Shown here: one piece after another, positions 1-10,250 of the stretch
Layout: each line of letters opens with the position of its first letter
Position numbering within the stretch: the first letter of the stretch is position 1
Source: Gemmatimonadota bacterium
GTDB taxonomy: Bacteria > Gemmatimonadota > Gemmatimonadetes > Gemmatimonadales > GWC2-71-9
DNA: 64,000 bases
Assembly: GCA_003221035.1 (NCBI GenBank)
Contig: QHUB01000013.1
Coordinates: 23,259 to 87,258 of the forward strand
Direction of reading: 5' to 3'
Made by a program: the position numbers and the translations under genes
The notes under the pieces: model-generated
Told to the model about the DNA's origin: nothing
Database searches by the model: none
Seen by the model: the letters and a program-made list of their open reading frames with translations, nothing else

Positions 1-1137
1 TTCGGCCGCCGCGCTGGATCCGATTTTGGAGAGCGCCAGCGCTACCGCCTTCCGGACACGCTCGTCCTCATGCTCGAGCTGCTGGGCCAGCGCCGGCACG
101 GCCTCGTTTAAGGCCAGCTCACCCGCCAGCTCCGCCACATTCCGTACCACGAACCACTGGTGATGTCCCAGCATGTGCACGAGTTGATCGGTCCCTTCCT
201 TCATTCCGGTGAGCGCCATGAAAATCCCGCGGCGCTCTTCGATTGTCGGCGCAGCGACCAACAGGTCCAGCAGCACTTCGACCCCGTCCTCTCCCGCGCG
301 CCGCAGGACCAGCAGGGAGTCTTCGCGGTCGGTCGGGTGATTGGCTACCTCGGCGATCGCCTCGAGCAGAGTCTTGCTGTACATGCGCTTCAGCGCGATG
401 GAATACTGCCGCCGCCGCGTCGCGTCGCTCACCTGCTGTTCTGCTCGAACGATGCCGGCGACGATCGTGAGCGCCTGGGTCGTCCGTTTGGCTTTCATCG
501 CGGTCTCCAGCTGGCGGCCGAGAATCGCGAGCAAGTCGCCAACCTGAGGACCGTCGGGCCTTTCCTGCAGCTCGGCGATCAGATCGTGGGTCGAGCGCGT
601 GGCGGCCGTTGACGGCGAAAACCCGATGCTCTCCCCAGTCGCCTCGCGCACTATCGCGGGGATGTCCGCGTCGGGATTCACCTGCGCCGACGCAGAGACT
701 TCCCGAGCGGATTTCTGTGGCGGGGGTGAAGGGGCAGCCGCCGCAGGCGGCGGAGCCGGTGCCGCGAAGTGAAAAGTCTGCATCGTGATCGTGATTCGCT
801 TGGCGCCGTTGCCGCTGAGCCGGCTGGCGATGTTTTCGTCGCCGGGCTGATCGGCGAGCGCCTTCAGTAAATCGAAGACCTCCGCGACCGGCGGATCCGC
901 CGGAATCTCGATCTGCTGGACCGAGTGCAGTTCCAACCGCGGCAGTAGTGTCCCGCCATCCACCGGTGCGCCGTTGACGACGAGCCGCCCATCCTGCGTT
1001 GCCAACGTGACCGCGGTGGTCTTCACGATGCTCGCCAGCGTTCGAAACTGCGCCTTCTGTCCCTCTTTCGCTGCGGGATCGCGAAAGAGATCGAGCGTGC
1101 GCGTAATCGAAGCGACGACCTCCTGCGGGGTAGCCAT
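1..1137 (-). CDS. HEAT-repeat protein (start at 1137; 3' end runs off the left edge of the window)
   Basis: Minus-strand frame is open from ATG (complement of 1135-1137) to position 1. It is absent from the ORF track because no stop is reached. My translation starts MATPQEVVASITRTLDLF and ends ...AVPALAQQLEHEDERVRKAVALALSKIGSSAAAE, a PBS-lyase/HEAT-like repeat signature. The plus-strand ORFs at 160-612 look like shadow frames. Confidence 0.6.
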   Translation of the reverse strand, partial: MATPQEVVASITRTLDLFRDPAAKEGQKAQFRTLASIVKTTAVTLATQDGRLVVNGAPVDGGTLLPRLELHSVQQIEIPADPPVAEVFDLLKALADQPGDENIASRLSGNGAKRITITMQTFHFAAPAPPPAAAAPSPPPQKSAREVSASAQVNPDADIPAIVREATGESIGFSPSTAATRSTHDLIAELQERPDGPQVGDLLAILGRQLETAMKAKRTTQALTIVAGIVRAEQQVSDATRRRQYSIALKRMYSKTLLEAIAEVANHPTDREDSLLVLRRAGEDGVEVLLDLLVAAPTIEERRGIFMALTGMKEGTDQLVHMLGHHQWFVVRNVAELAGELALNEAVPALAQQLEHEDERVRKAVALALSKIGSSAAAE

Positions 1138-1166
1138 TGGGAGGGTCAATCTATAGAGTACGATCC
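1138..1166. promoter_or_regulatory. 29-bp divergent gap containing palindrome TCTATAGA (possible shared -10 region)
   Basis: TCTATAGA at 1150-1157 lies 9 nt from ATG 1167 and 12 nt from the minus-strand ATG at 1137. Neither side has a convincing SD. Confidence 0.25.
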
Positions 1167-2408
1167 ATGATCGCACTGCTGCTGCTCACGGCGAGCCTCG
1201 CGGCGCCGTCACAAGACACGCTCACCGCCGCCGCCCGGCGCGTCCTGGCGGACGTCCAGTTTCTCGCCGACGATCGTCAGGAAGGACGCGGCGTCGGCAC
1301 GGCCGGCCTGGAGCGCGCCGGCGCGTATATCCGGGACGCCTTCAAACACGCCGGGCTGCAGGTCTCCTTTCAGAACTTCGCGATTCCTGCCGATGCGCCG
1401 GCCGTGCTGCACACCGGTCTTGGAGGGACGCCGACTCGCAACGTCGTCGCCGTGATCCCGGGAACTGCGGCAACACGGGGGGAGATCGTGGTCGTCGGCG
1501 CGCACTACGACCATCTCGGCATGGGCGGATTTGGCGCGCTAGATCCGGACTCGACGGGGCGGGTCCACAACGGCGCGGACGACAACGCCTCCGGCACCGC
1601 TGCGCTCCTCGAGATCGGCCGGATCCTCGCCCATCGCCGGCCCGCGCGCACGGTGGTCCTGGTCGCGTTCAGCGGCGAAGAGCTGGGCACGCTGGGTTCT
1701 TCCTACTTCGTCGGCCACGCCACGCCCGAGCCGATCGATTCACTCTACACCATGCTGAACCTCGACATGGTCGGGCGACTGCGGAACGCGCGGCTGCTCG
1801 CGCTCGGCGCAGCGACCGCGCGGGAATTTCCGGCGCTGCTCGACTCGCTCAACACCCCGCCGCGCTTCGATCTGCGCGCCTCGGGCGATGGCTGGGGACC
1901 GAGCGATCACGAGGTCTTCTTTGCGACCCGCCACCCCGTCCTGCACTTCTTCACCGATTTGCACGAGGACTACCACCGTTCGACCGACGATTGGCCAAAA
2001 CTCAATGTGAACGGAATCGCGCAGGTGGCGCAGTTCGTGGCCGATCTGGCGCTCGTGCTCGCCGACCGTTCGGGGCCGCTCACGTTCGTCGATGCGCCGC
2101 GCCCGCAGGCTACTGCCGGTGGCTCCGGGTACGGTGCGTACCTGGGCACGATCCCGGACATGAGCGGCGGCGTGCCGAATGGTCAGGGTGTGAAGATCAC
2201 CGGGGTCCGGGCAGGCAGTCCCGCGGCACAGGCTGGGCTCGCGGCGGGTGACGTTATCACCACTATCGGCGGCAAGCATATCGGCAATCTGTACGACATG
2301 ACCGACGCGCTCCGCAGCCATCAGCCGGGCGACACAGTCGTCATCGTGAGCACGCGCGATGGTGTCGAGCGCCGGGCGACGACGGTGCTCGGGAAACGCG
2401 GCACGTGA
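1167..2408 (+). CDS. M28 family metallopeptidase with C-terminal PDZ domain
   Basis: Track ORF 1137..2408, with the start moved to ATG 1167 (signal-like MIALLLLTASLAAPS). M28 motifs GAHYDHLG, NGADDNASGTAALLEIGR and FSGEELGTLGS. PDZ-like GVKITGVRAGSPAAQAGLAAGDVITTIGG. Confidence 0.85.
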   Translation: MIALLLLTASLAAPSQDTLTAAARRVLADVQFLADDRQEGRGVGTAGLERAGAYIRDAFKHAGLQVSFQNFAIPADAPAVLHTGLGGTPTRNVVAVIPGTAATRGEIVVVGAHYDHLGMGGFGALDPDSTGRVHNGADDNASGTAALLEIGRILAHRRPARTVVLVAFSGEELGTLGSSYFVGHATPEPIDSLYTMLNLDMVGRLRNARLLALGAATAREFPALLDSLNTPPRFDLRASGDGWGPSDHEVFFATRHPVLHFFTDLHEDYHRSTDDWPKLNVNGIAQVAQFVADLALVLADRSGPLTFVDAPRPQATAGGSGYGAYLGTIPDMSGGVPNGQGVKITGVRAGSPAAQAGLAAGDVITTIGGKHIGNLYDMTDALRSHQPGDTVVIVSTRDGVERRATTVLGKRGT

Positions 2409-2869
2409 CGACGAGTCCCGCATCCGAAGCGACGAAAGTCGTGCGCGCACTCCGCGCCGCGCACTTGCACGACGAGGGACGCCGGTCACTTCTCATGATG
2501 GCCTGTGAGCGGATCCGCGCATGGGGCCCGCCCTACACGTCGGTGTACGCGTACATGCTTCACGACGATGAGCTCGTGCTGGAGGCAGGCGCCGGGCGCG
2601 ACACCGAGCATACGCGCATCCCGGTCGGGCAGGGTGTGTGCGGAACCGCAGTCGCCGAGAACCGCGATCAGAACGTGGCCGACGTCAGCGCGATCGGGAA
2701 TTACCTCGCCTGCAATGTGTTCACCAAGTCCGAGCTCGTCGTATTGATTCGCCGCGGCGATCACATCCTTGGGCAGATCGATATCGACTCGGACGTTCTG
2801 AATGGGTTTGGCGAGCGCGAGCATGCGGACGTAAAAGAGGTTGCCGACGCGCTGGCTGTGCTGTTGTAG
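2405..2869 (+). CDS. GAF domain protein, free methionine-(R)-sulfoxide reductase-like
   Basis: GTGA start/stop overlap with the upstream gene. GAF/fRMsr-like motifs VCGTAVAENR..NVADV..YLACN..SELVVLI..GQIDIDS. Confidence 0.7.
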   Translation: MTTSPASEATKVVRALRAAHLHDEGRRSLLMMACERIRAWGPPYTSVYAYMLHDDELVLEAGAGRDTEHTRIPVGQGVCGTAVAENRDQNVADVSAIGNYLACNVFTKSELVVLIRRGDHILGQIDIDSDVLNGFGEREHADVKEVADALAVLL

Positions 2870-3681
2870 TGCATCTCTTCAGCCGGCAGGTCGGATCAGG
2901 TCCGCTTGTCGTCGTGCTCCACGGCGGACCCGGCGCGAGTCACGATTATCTGCTGCCACAGTATGACCTGCTCGCCAATGGCCGAACGCTGTTTTACTAC
3001 GATCAGCGCGGCGGTGGCCGATCACCGGTCTCGCGCGACACGCCGGTGGGATGGCGTGAGCACGTCGCCGATCTCGAGGAGATCCGCGGCGAGCTGGGCC
3101 TCGATCGCCTGACACTGTGCGGGTACTCGTGGGGCGGACTGCTCGCGGTGCTGTACCTCCTCGAGCACCCCGATCGCGTCGAGCGCCTGGCACTCGTGTC
3201 TCCCGCGTCGATCACCGCCGAGGATCGGGAGCAGTTCGAGCAGGAGTTCGCGAGACGCATGCAGACTCCCGAGATCAAGCAAGAGCGCGATGCGCTGCGG
3301 GCGAGCGGGTTGCGCGACAAGGATCCGGAGGCCTACCAGCGACGCGCGTTCGAGCTCTCTGTTGCGGGCTACTTTCGGGATTTTCACGACGCGAGGAACC
3401 TCACCCCGTTTCGAGTCGCGGCCCGGACGCAGGATGCAGTCTGGCGCAGCCTCGGGCGTTACGATCTGCGGCCTCGGATTCGGGAGACGATGCCCCGCGC
3501 CTCGCTTCTCCCCCCGCTGGTGGTTCACGGAACGTTCGACCCGATCCCGATCGCCGGCTCGCGCGACCTTGCCGCACTGATACATGCCAAGCTCGTCGAG
3601 CTGCCGGTTGGACACTGTCCGCACGTCGAAGCCACGGAGGATTTCGTACGAGCACTCGACGACTTTCTCCCTTCGACCTAG
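2869..3681 (+). CDS. alpha/beta hydrolase (proline iminopeptidase-like)
   Basis: In-frame GTG at 2869 overlaps the TAG of the previous gene; the upstream part of track ORF 2638..3681 is an Arg-rich shadow. HGGPG oxyanion motif, GYSWGG nucleophile elbow, C-terminal GHCPH. Confidence 0.8.
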   Translation: MHLFSRQVGSGPLVVVLHGGPGASHDYLLPQYDLLANGRTLFYYDQRGGGRSPVSRDTPVGWREHVADLEEIRGELGLDRLTLCGYSWGGLLAVLYLLEHPDRVERLALVSPASITAEDREQFEQEFARRMQTPEIKQERDALRASGLRDKDPEAYQRRAFELSVAGYFRDFHDARNLTPFRVAARTQDAVWRSLGRYDLRPRIRETMPRASLLPPLVVHGTFDPIPIAGSRDLAALIHAKLVELPVGHCPHVEATEDFVRALDDFLPST

Positions 3682-3725
3682 CCTTCGCCGAGATCGCGCC
3701 ACGTTTTCCCGCGATCGCTGAAGCG

Positions 3726-4340
3726 TTGCAGCAGGACGGCGCCGACGCGACCGACCGCGATCGCTTCGCGCTCCTCGAGCCGGTGGGACGGCTGCTGCAG
3801 GACGTCATGCCGGAAGGGTCCGGCGCCGATGCGCTCGAAGCGCACCTGGTCCTCCTGCACCACGCCTACCTGTTCTGGGCCGCCCAGCAGCCTGTCTACG
3901 AGATCAGCGAGGCGGCGCTGCAACGCGCCGCCGGTGACCAGCCGATGACGACCGCGACGCCGCATCCCGCGCAGTACCTGCAGTTGCCGGAGCTCCGCGT
4001 GTGGGGATCGCCGAACGATTCGAGTGCCGCCGAGCCGCTCGACGGAATGTTTGTGAGCGCGACAGGCGATCCCGGGGCGATCGCCGTGCTGGCCATCTTC
4101 GGCATGCGTCCCGACCGGCCAGGGTTCAGCGCGGTCGGCATCGAGGGACGCGCCGATCCCGACGATCCCACGGACAACGAGATCGAAATTGCCGCCGTGC
4201 GTGAGGACGGCAGCGCGGCGTTCGGACCCAGGCTTGCCGGCGGCACGGCCGCCGGCCTGTATTCCGTAGCGAACGCGGGGGAATTGCTCTTGCTGACATG
4301 CCGGCTCCTGACACTGCTAGATTCCGGCAATCCCATATGA
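3726..4340 (+). CDS. hypothetical protein (start uncertain: TTG 3726, GTG 3783 or ATG 3807)
   Basis: C-terminal part of track ORF 3117..4340 lying after the stop of the hydrolase gene. Non-shadow amino-acid composition (e.g. LEAHLVLLHHAYLFWAAQQPVYEISEAALQRA). ATGA overlap with nth downstream. No family recognised. Confidence 0.45.
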   Translation: MQQDGADATDRDRFALLEPVGRLLQDVMPEGSGADALEAHLVLLHHAYLFWAAQQPVYEISEAALQRAAGDQPMTTATPHPAQYLQLPELRVWGSPNDSSAAEPLDGMFVSATGDPGAIAVLAIFGMRPDRPGFSAVGIEGRADPDDPTDNEIEIAAVREDGSAAFGPRLAGGTAAGLYSVANAGELLLLTCRLLTLLDSGNPI

Positions 4341-4999
4341 AGACGAAAGTGTCGGCGGCAAAGGCAGCCGAACGGACGTCTCGCGTCCGGAAGATCATCG
4401 CGCGCCTGAAGCAGGAATATCCGGATGCGACCTGCGCCCTGCACCATGGCAGCGCCCTGGAGCTCGCCGTCGCCACGATCCTGTCCGCGCAATGCACCGA
4501 CGCGCGCGTCAACATCGTGACGCCGCATCTGTTCGCAAAGTACCGGACCGCTCGAGGCTACGCCGCCGCCGACCCCGCCGTGCTCGAAAAGGAGATCCAA
4601 TCGACGGGCTTCTTCCGGAACAAGACCAAATCCATCATCGGGATGGCCCAGGCGCTCGTCGAGAAGCACGGCGGCGAAGTGCCGCAGACCATGGACGAGC
4701 TGACCGCGCTGCCCGGCATCGGCCGCAAGACGGCCAACGTGATCCTCGGTACCTGGTTCCGCAAGAACGAAGGCGTGGTGGTCGATACGCACGTGCAGCG
4801 GCTTACCGGATTGCTCGGACTCGCGAAGCAAACCGATCCGGTGAAGATCGAGCAGGAGCTGATCGAGATCGTGCCGCGCGACGACTGGACCTGGTTCTCG
4901 CATACGCTCATTCAACACGGGCGCCGGATTTGCGTTGCGCGTCGCCCGAAGTGTCCCGAATGTGTCTTGAACCGCATATGCCCCAGCTCATTGGTATGA
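4337..4999 (+). CDS. nth: endonuclease III
   Basis: Start at ATG 4337 (MKTKV), in an ATGA overlap with the upstream stop. HhH-GPD motif LPGIGRKTANVIL. C-x6-C-x2-C-x5-C iron-sulfur loop CVARRPKCPECVLNRIC. Confidence 0.9.
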   Translation: MKTKVSAAKAAERTSRVRKIIARLKQEYPDATCALHHGSALELAVATILSAQCTDARVNIVTPHLFAKYRTARGYAAADPAVLEKEIQSTGFFRNKTKSIIGMAQALVEKHGGEVPQTMDELTALPGIGRKTANVILGTWFRKNEGVVVDTHVQRLTGLLGLAKQTDPVKIEQELIEIVPRDDWTWFSHTLIQHGRRICVARRPKCPECVLNRICPSSLV

Positions 5000-5026
5000 G
5001 TCAGGAGCACATGCCGACGTGAATCT

Positions 5027-6181
5027 ATGACCAAAACACCGCCACCCATCGATCGAGCCGGTCTCATCGAGACGCGACGGGATATCCATCAACACCCCGA
5101 GCTCGGTTTCGAGGAGACACGCACGGCGGGGCTGATCGCCGAGCGGTTGCGGGGACTCAAGTACCAGGTCACGCCGGGCGTCGGCAAGACAGGCGTGGTA
5201 GCCGTAAAGAAGAAGGACGGCCGCTGCGTCCTCATTCGCGCCGACATGGATGCGCTGCCGGTCGAAGAAGCCAACGCGGTTCCCTATCGCTCGCGAGTGC
5301 CGGGAAAGATGCACGCCTGCGGGCACGACGGGCACGTCGCCATCGGTCTTGAGGTGGCGCGCCGCCTCGCGCCGCTGGAGCTCGACGGCAGCGTGAAGTT
5401 CGCGTTCCAGCCTGCCGAGGAGGCCTCGAATGGCGCGCAGGCGATGATCTCGGACGGGGTGCTCGACAGCCCCCGAGTCGACGCCGCGTTCGGCATTCAT
5501 CTCTGGAACGATCTGCCGGTGGGGACGGTGGGCATCATGGCCGGGCCCGTGATGGCCTCGGTCGATCAGTTCGAGATCCAAATCCTGGGCCGGGGCGGCC
5601 ATGCGGCCGCGCCGCACCAGACCATTGACCCGGTGCTGGTTGCCGCGCACGTGGTGACGGCGCTGCAGAGTCTCGTATCGCGCCGGCGCGATCCTCTCAG
5701 CGAGGCCGTCGTCTCGGTCACCGAGATGCATGCGGGGCGCGCGTTCAACGTGATCCCCGACCGGGCGGATCTGCGGGGCACCGTGCGGACGTTCGGCGGC
5801 AGCTTCTTTGAGGATGCGCCGCGGCTGGTCGAGGAAACCGCGCAGGGGATCGCGGTGGCGTTTGGCGCCCATGCCAACGTGCAATATCACCGTCTGAGTG
5901 CGCCGCTCATTAATAATGAAGAGCTGAGCGCGCTCATGCGTGACGTCGCGGCCAAGGTCCTCGGAGCCGGCAGCGTGCGTCAGGGCGTGCGGACGATGGG
6001 CGGCGAGGATATGGCGTACTTCCTCGAGCGCGTTCCAGGCTGCTTCGCGTTCGTCGGCTCGGCGCCCGGCAGCTCCCGCGCTTCCCCGCACCATAGCCCG
6101 ACATTCGATATCGACGAAGAGTCGCTGGTGATCGGGGCCGAGCTCCTGACCGCGACCGCGATCACGTACCTGAATGCCTAA
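5027..6181 (+). CDS. M20 family amidohydrolase (N-acyl-amino-acid amidohydrolase/hippurate hydrolase-like)
   Basis: RRDIHQHPELGFEE, MHACGHDGHVAIGL and GGEDMAYF motifs typical of the M20D family. Confidence 0.85.
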   Translation: MTKTPPPIDRAGLIETRRDIHQHPELGFEETRTAGLIAERLRGLKYQVTPGVGKTGVVAVKKKDGRCVLIRADMDALPVEEANAVPYRSRVPGKMHACGHDGHVAIGLEVARRLAPLELDGSVKFAFQPAEEASNGAQAMISDGVLDSPRVDAAFGIHLWNDLPVGTVGIMAGPVMASVDQFEIQILGRGGHAAAPHQTIDPVLVAAHVVTALQSLVSRRRDPLSEAVVSVTEMHAGRAFNVIPDRADLRGTVRTFGGSFFEDAPRLVEETAQGIAVAFGAHANVQYHRLSAPLINNEELSALMRDVAAKVLGAGSVRQGVRTMGGEDMAYFLERVPGCFAFVGSAPGSSRASPHHSPTFDIDEESLVIGAELLTATAITYLNA

Positions 6182-8156
6182 TCAACTGGCGGCCGAAGCG
6201 TCCGCGTACCTCAAATCGGCCGCCCATCAACCCGTCCACTGGACGCCGTGGAGCGACGCCGCGTTCGCGCGGGCCCGCGCGGAGCACAAGCCGATTCTGC
6301 TCGACATCGGTGCGGTCTGGTGCCACTGGTGCCACGTGATGGATGGCGAATCGTATGAGGATCCGGCGATCGCCGAGCTGCTCAATCGGGACTTTGTGTG
6401 CATCAAGGTGGATCGCGACGAGCGGCCCGACGTGGACACGCGGTATCAGCGCGCCGTGCAGGCGCTGAGCGGTCAAGGGGGCTGGCCTCTCACCGCGTTT
6501 CTCACGCCTGATGGTGAGGTGTTCTTCGGCGGCACCTATTTTCCGCCCGACAACAACTCCTACGGCCGGCCTGGCTTTCACCGCGTGCTGCTGGAGATCG
6601 CCCGCGCGTTTCGCGAAGAGCAGGAGCGCGTCACGACCAACGCGCGGGCGATTCGCGAGCACGTGGTGCAAAGTCTGGATGAAACGAAGCCGGGCTCGGT
6701 CAGCGCCGACATCCTCAGCGCCGGCGCCGATCAGATGGCGCGGCTGTTCGACGTGCGCTACGGGGGCTTCGGCACGGCGCCCAAGTTCCCGCATCCCGCC
6801 GCGCTCGAGTTCCTGCTCGCGCGCTGGTATGACAGCCCGGAGGGGCACGCGTGGCAGCGCGAAATCGTCGACAAGACGCTCGCCGGCATGGCGCGCGGCG
6901 GCGTTCGCGACCACGTCGGTGGCGGCTTTCACCGTTATTCGGTGGACGAGCGCTGGATCGTGCCACACTTCGAAAAGATGTCATACGACAACTCCGAGCT
7001 CCTGCGCGCCTACCTGTCCGCGTACGCGGCGTTCGGAGACCCGCTGTACAAGGAAGTTGCGACGGGCATCGTCGATTGGGTTCTGGAGATCATGACGAGC
7101 AGGGACGAAGCGGCGTTCGCGACATCGCAGGACGCGGACTTGACCTTCGGGGACGACGGAGACTATTGGACGTGGACGCTGGAAGAGACCAAGGGCGCGT
7201 TAGATGCGCGCGAAGGCGCGGTCGCTTCGAGGGTATTCGATATCGAAGAGACCGGCGAGATGCACCATAACGCGAAGAAAAACGTGCTGTGGTGGAAGCA
7301 AGACCCCGCCGACGACGAGCGGCCGATCCTGCGCGCGGCGATTCGGACACTCAAGGCGGCGCGCGACCGCCGCACAGCGCCGTTTGTCGATCGCACGGCC
7401 TACGTGAACTGGAATGCGATGATGGCGGGCGCGTTTCTGCAGGCCGGCGCGATGCTGGACCGGCCTGAGTGCAACGATCTCGCGCTGAGCGTCCTCGAAC
7501 GTATTTGGGCAACTGCGTGGGATGCGGGAGGTGGGATGTCTCACGTCGTTGGACGGCGCGAGCCGCGCGGCATGCTCGACGATAACGTGCAAAGCGCGGC
7601 GGCATTTCTCGACGGCTACGAAGCGACGGGTGAGAACAAATGGCTCGAGCGCGCGACTCAGATCATGACGTACTGCGAGCAGGCGCACTCAGATGGCAGC
7701 CCCGGTTATTTCGACATTGCGGCGACGAGCGGCGCTGCCTATCTGTCCGCGCGCGCGAAGCCGGTGCAAGATGCACCGACGCCGTCTCCGAACGGGGTCG
7801 CGGCGCTGGTGCTGGCGCGGCTCTGGGCTTTGACCGACAAGCCCGAATGGCGCGCGCGGCTCGACCGTCAGCTCGGCGCATTCGCCGGCAGCGCCCGCGA
7901 GTTGTCACTCCACGGCTCGACCCTGCTGCGCGCGATCGACTGGGCCGTGAATCCCGTCACCCGAGTCGAAGTATCGGGCCCGAACGGCGACGGTCCGGCG
8001 TGCGCCATGCATCTGCTGGCACTGCAGCGCTATCGGCCGAGGAAAGTCGTGATCCGGAAGCTCGCCGACCGTCCCGCGGCCACCGTGTGTATCGGGACGA
8101 GCTGCTCGCTACCGGTGACGACGCGGGAAGCGCTGGCCAGATTGCTGGAGCGGTGA
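6174..8156 (+). CDS. thioredoxin-domain protein (DUF255 / YyaL-like, N-acylglucosamine epimerase-like fold)
   Basis: N-terminal [18 protein letters not shown] motif, then [12 protein letters not shown] and [24 protein letters not shown], characteristic of the DUF255 family. Confidence 0.85.
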   Translation: MPNQLAAEASAYLKSAAHQPVHWTPWSDAAFARARAEHKPILLDIGAVWCHWCHVMDGESYEDPAIAELLNRDFVCIKVDRDERPDVDTRYQRAVQALSGQGGWPLTAFLTPDGEVFFGGTYFPPDNNSYGRPGFHRVLLEIARAFREEQERVTTNARAIREHVVQSLDETKPGSVSADILSAGADQMARLFDVRYGGFGTAPKFPHPAALEFLLARWYDSPEGHAWQREIVDKTLAGMARGGVRDHVGGGFHRYSVDERWIVPHFEKMSYDNSELLRAYLSAYAAFGDPLYKEVATGIVDWVLEIMTSRDEAAFATSQDADLTFGDDGDYWTWTLEETKGALDAREGAVASRVFDIEETGEMHHNAKKNVLWWKQDPADDERPILRAAIRTLKAARDRRTAPFVDRTAYVNWNAMMAGAFLQAGAMLDRPECNDLALSVLERIWATAWDAGGGMSHVVGRREPRGMLDDNVQSAAAFLDGYEATGENKWLERATQIMTYCEQAHSDGSPGYFDIAATSGAAYLSARAKPVQDAPTPSPNGVAALVLARLWALTDKPEWRARLDRQLGAFAGSARELSLHGSTLLRAIDWAVNPVTRVEVSGPNGDGPACAMHLLALQRYRPRKVVIRKLADRPAATVCIGTSCSLPVTTREALARLLER

Positions 8157-8190
8157 GCTAGATTCCTACCACCTCAACACGAGACCGTAC

Positions 8191-8640
8191 ATGCCGAACA
8201 AGAAAGCCGTGATCGAAACCAAGAAGGGCACGATCGAGCTCGAGCTGTTTGCGGACGAAGTGCCCAACACGGTTGCCAATTTCGAAAAGCTCGCGAATTC
8301 CAACTTCTACGATGGCACCAAATTCCATCGCGTCATTCCGAATTTCATGGTCCAGGGCGGCGATCCCTATTCCAAGACCGGCAAAGGACCGGTGGGCACC
8401 GGCGGGCCCGGCTACATGATCAAGTGCGAGACGCAAAAGAACACGCACAAGCACGTCGCGGGCACGCTGTCGATGGCGCATGCCGGCAAAGACACCGGCG
8501 GCAGCCAGTTTTTCATTTGTCATTCGCCGCAACGGCACCTCGACGGCGTGCACACCGTTTTCGGCCAGGTCACCAAAGGCATGGACGTGGTGAATGCGAT
8601 CAAAGGTAACGACGAAGTCACCTCGATTCGCGTCTCCTAG
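8191..8640 (+). CDS. peptidyl-prolyl cis-trans isomerase, cyclophilin type
   Basis: [15 protein letters not shown] and [17 protein letters not shown] cyclophilin motifs. Confidence 0.9.
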   Translation: MPNKKAVIETKKGTIELELFADEVPNTVANFEKLANSNFYDGTKFHRVIPNFMVQGGDPYSKTGKGPVGTGGPGYMIKCETQKNTHKHVAGTLSMAHAGKDTGGSQFFICHSPQRHLDGVHTVFGQVTKGMDVVNAIKGNDEVTSIRVS

Positions 8641-8651
8641 GGAGAGCGCTC

Positions 8652-9764
8652 ATGCTCGCGTTGCTGCTGACACTGACACTGGCCGTGCAGGACTCCGGAG
8701 CTTTTGTCGCGCGACTGGGGACCGATACGCTCTCGCTCGAGCGGTACACGCGCACGGGATCGCAGCTGCGGGGGGAGTATGTGATCCGCACGCCGCGCAC
8801 CGTGCACCGCATCTATACGGCTGACCTCAATCCCGACGGCACGATTCGGCGCGCAGAACTCGTGACCCACAACATCGGCGGCGGGCCAGGCCCGCTGGAG
8901 ACCAAGCTGACGATCGAGTTCGTCGGCGACACGTCAGTGTGGACGTTCCCGCGCGGGGACAGCACGGTCACGCAGAAGGTGGCAGCGCCCCGGGGTACGT
9001 TCCCGTTCCAGTTCTACCTGTTTGGATTGATGGAGCAGATGGGACGCTGGGCCCGCGCCGCCGCTACGGACAGCCTCCGGTTCACCGCGCTCTACTCCAC
9101 ACAGGGCACCAGCGGCGGGTTCATCAAGAAGCTCGGCGGCGACACGCTCCTCTTCATGTTCGACCAGGGCCAACTGGCCGGCGTTGGGCCGTTCACGTTC
9201 GCGCTCGACCGCCAGGGCCGGCTGACGTGGCTCACAGGCAAAGGGAGCACGCTGCAGATCGAGGTTCAACGTGTCGCATCGGTGCCGATGGCTCAGGCGG
9301 GTCCGATGTTCGCCAACCGGCCCCTGGGCCAGCTGTCGCCGCGCGATACCGCGCGCGCGACGATGAGCGGCGCCGAAGTGTGGGTCGATTACAGCCGTCC
9401 CCAAAAACGCGGACGCGTGATCTTCGGCGACGTGGTGCCGTGGAATGCGGTGTGGCGCACGGGCGCCAACGCGGCGACTCAGTTGAGCACCTCCGCCGAT
9501 CTCGTGATCGGCGGCGCGACCGTTCCAGCGGGCAAGTACACACTCTGGACTCTCCCCACCCCGAGCGGCTGGAAGCTCATCATCAACAAGCAGACCGGTC
9601 AGTGGGGGACGGAGTACAGCGCGGCGCAAGATCTCGTGCGCGTCGATGCCAGACTCGAGACGCTGGCTGCACCGGTCGAACAGATGCTGATCGCCTTCGA
9701 GCCCGGCACGTTGACCGTTTCGTGGGACAAGACGAAAGTCTCGGTCCCGGTGAGCAGGAAGTAA
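8652..9764 (+). CDS. DUF2911 domain-containing secreted protein
   Basis: Signal-like MLALLLTLTLAVQ. C-terminal VWVDYSRPQKRGRVIFGDVVPWNAVWRTGANAATQL..GKYTLWTLP matches my recollection of DUF2911. Confidence 0.7.
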   Translation: MLALLLTLTLAVQDSGAFVARLGTDTLSLERYTRTGSQLRGEYVIRTPRTVHRIYTADLNPDGTIRRAELVTHNIGGGPGPLETKLTIEFVGDTSVWTFPRGDSTVTQKVAAPRGTFPFQFYLFGLMEQMGRWARAAATDSLRFTALYSTQGTSGGFIKKLGGDTLLFMFDQGQLAGVGPFTFALDRQGRLTWLTGKGSTLQIEVQRVASVPMAQAGPMFANRPLGQLSPRDTARATMSGAEVWVDYSRPQKRGRVIFGDVVPWNAVWRTGANAATQLSTSADLVIGGATVPAGKYTLWTLPTPSGWKLIINKQTGQWGTEYSAAQDLVRVDARLETLAAPVEQMLIAFEPGTLTVSWDKTKVSVPVSRK

Positions 9765-10219
9765 TGCATCTCGACTTCGCGGTCGTCGCCGATTACGCGC
9801 TGGTCGATCAATCGGGCAAGATGTCGGTGCTCGGCATCTTTCAGCACATCTGGGTGCCGCAATTTCCCGCGATGCATCCCCGCCTGCATCTGGTGCTGCG
9901 CCTGAAAGGCAGGCGCACCGAAGTCGGCGAGCATCAGGTCCAGATCAAACTGCTCGACCAGGACAACGTCGAGCTGCTGGGCGGCTCGGGCACGGTAAAT
10001 TTCGCCGAGCCGCCTGCCGGGATTACGGAGATCGAGGCGGCGGCGGTGCTGGTGTTCGACGTCCCATTCCCACACGCAGGGCAGTACCGGTTCGAGATCA
10101 CGGTGGATGACGAGCGTAAAGCGGCGGTGCCGATCACGGTGTCGCAGATGCCCACGGCGCCGGTCCAGCAGCCGCCTCCCCCTCCGCCTCCCTCAACGCC
10201 TCAGGCTCCCGGTTCCTAG
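9764..10219 (+). CDS. hypothetical protein with proline-rich C-terminal tail
   Basis: TAATG stop/start overlap at 9762-9766. Sequence MHLDFAVVADYALVDQSGKMSVLGIF... ends QQPPPPPPPSTPQAPGS. It is the coding-looking tail of artefactual track ORF 8939..10219. Confidence 0.55.
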   Translation: MHLDFAVVADYALVDQSGKMSVLGIFQHIWVPQFPAMHPRLHLVLRLKGRRTEVGEHQVQIKLLDQDNVELLGGSGTVNFAEPPAGITEIEAAAVLVFDVPFPHAGQYRFEITVDDERKAAVPITVSQMPTAPVQQPPPPPPPSTPQAPGS

Positions 10220-10250
10220 CTCTCCGTCACACGCACCGCTCGGCGCGTAT

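Noticed and set aside
160-612. Plus-strand 150-aa ORF and its neighbours at the left end of the window.
   Set aside because: The minus strand is open across the whole of 1..1137 and encodes HEAT-like repeats. The plus-strand ORFs have shadow-frame composition.
8939-10219. 426-aa track ORF spanning the DUF2911 gene and the next gene.
   Set aside because: Only its last 151 codons (from ATG 9764) look coding. The upstream part is out of frame with the motif-bearing DUF2911 ORF and is Arg-rich.
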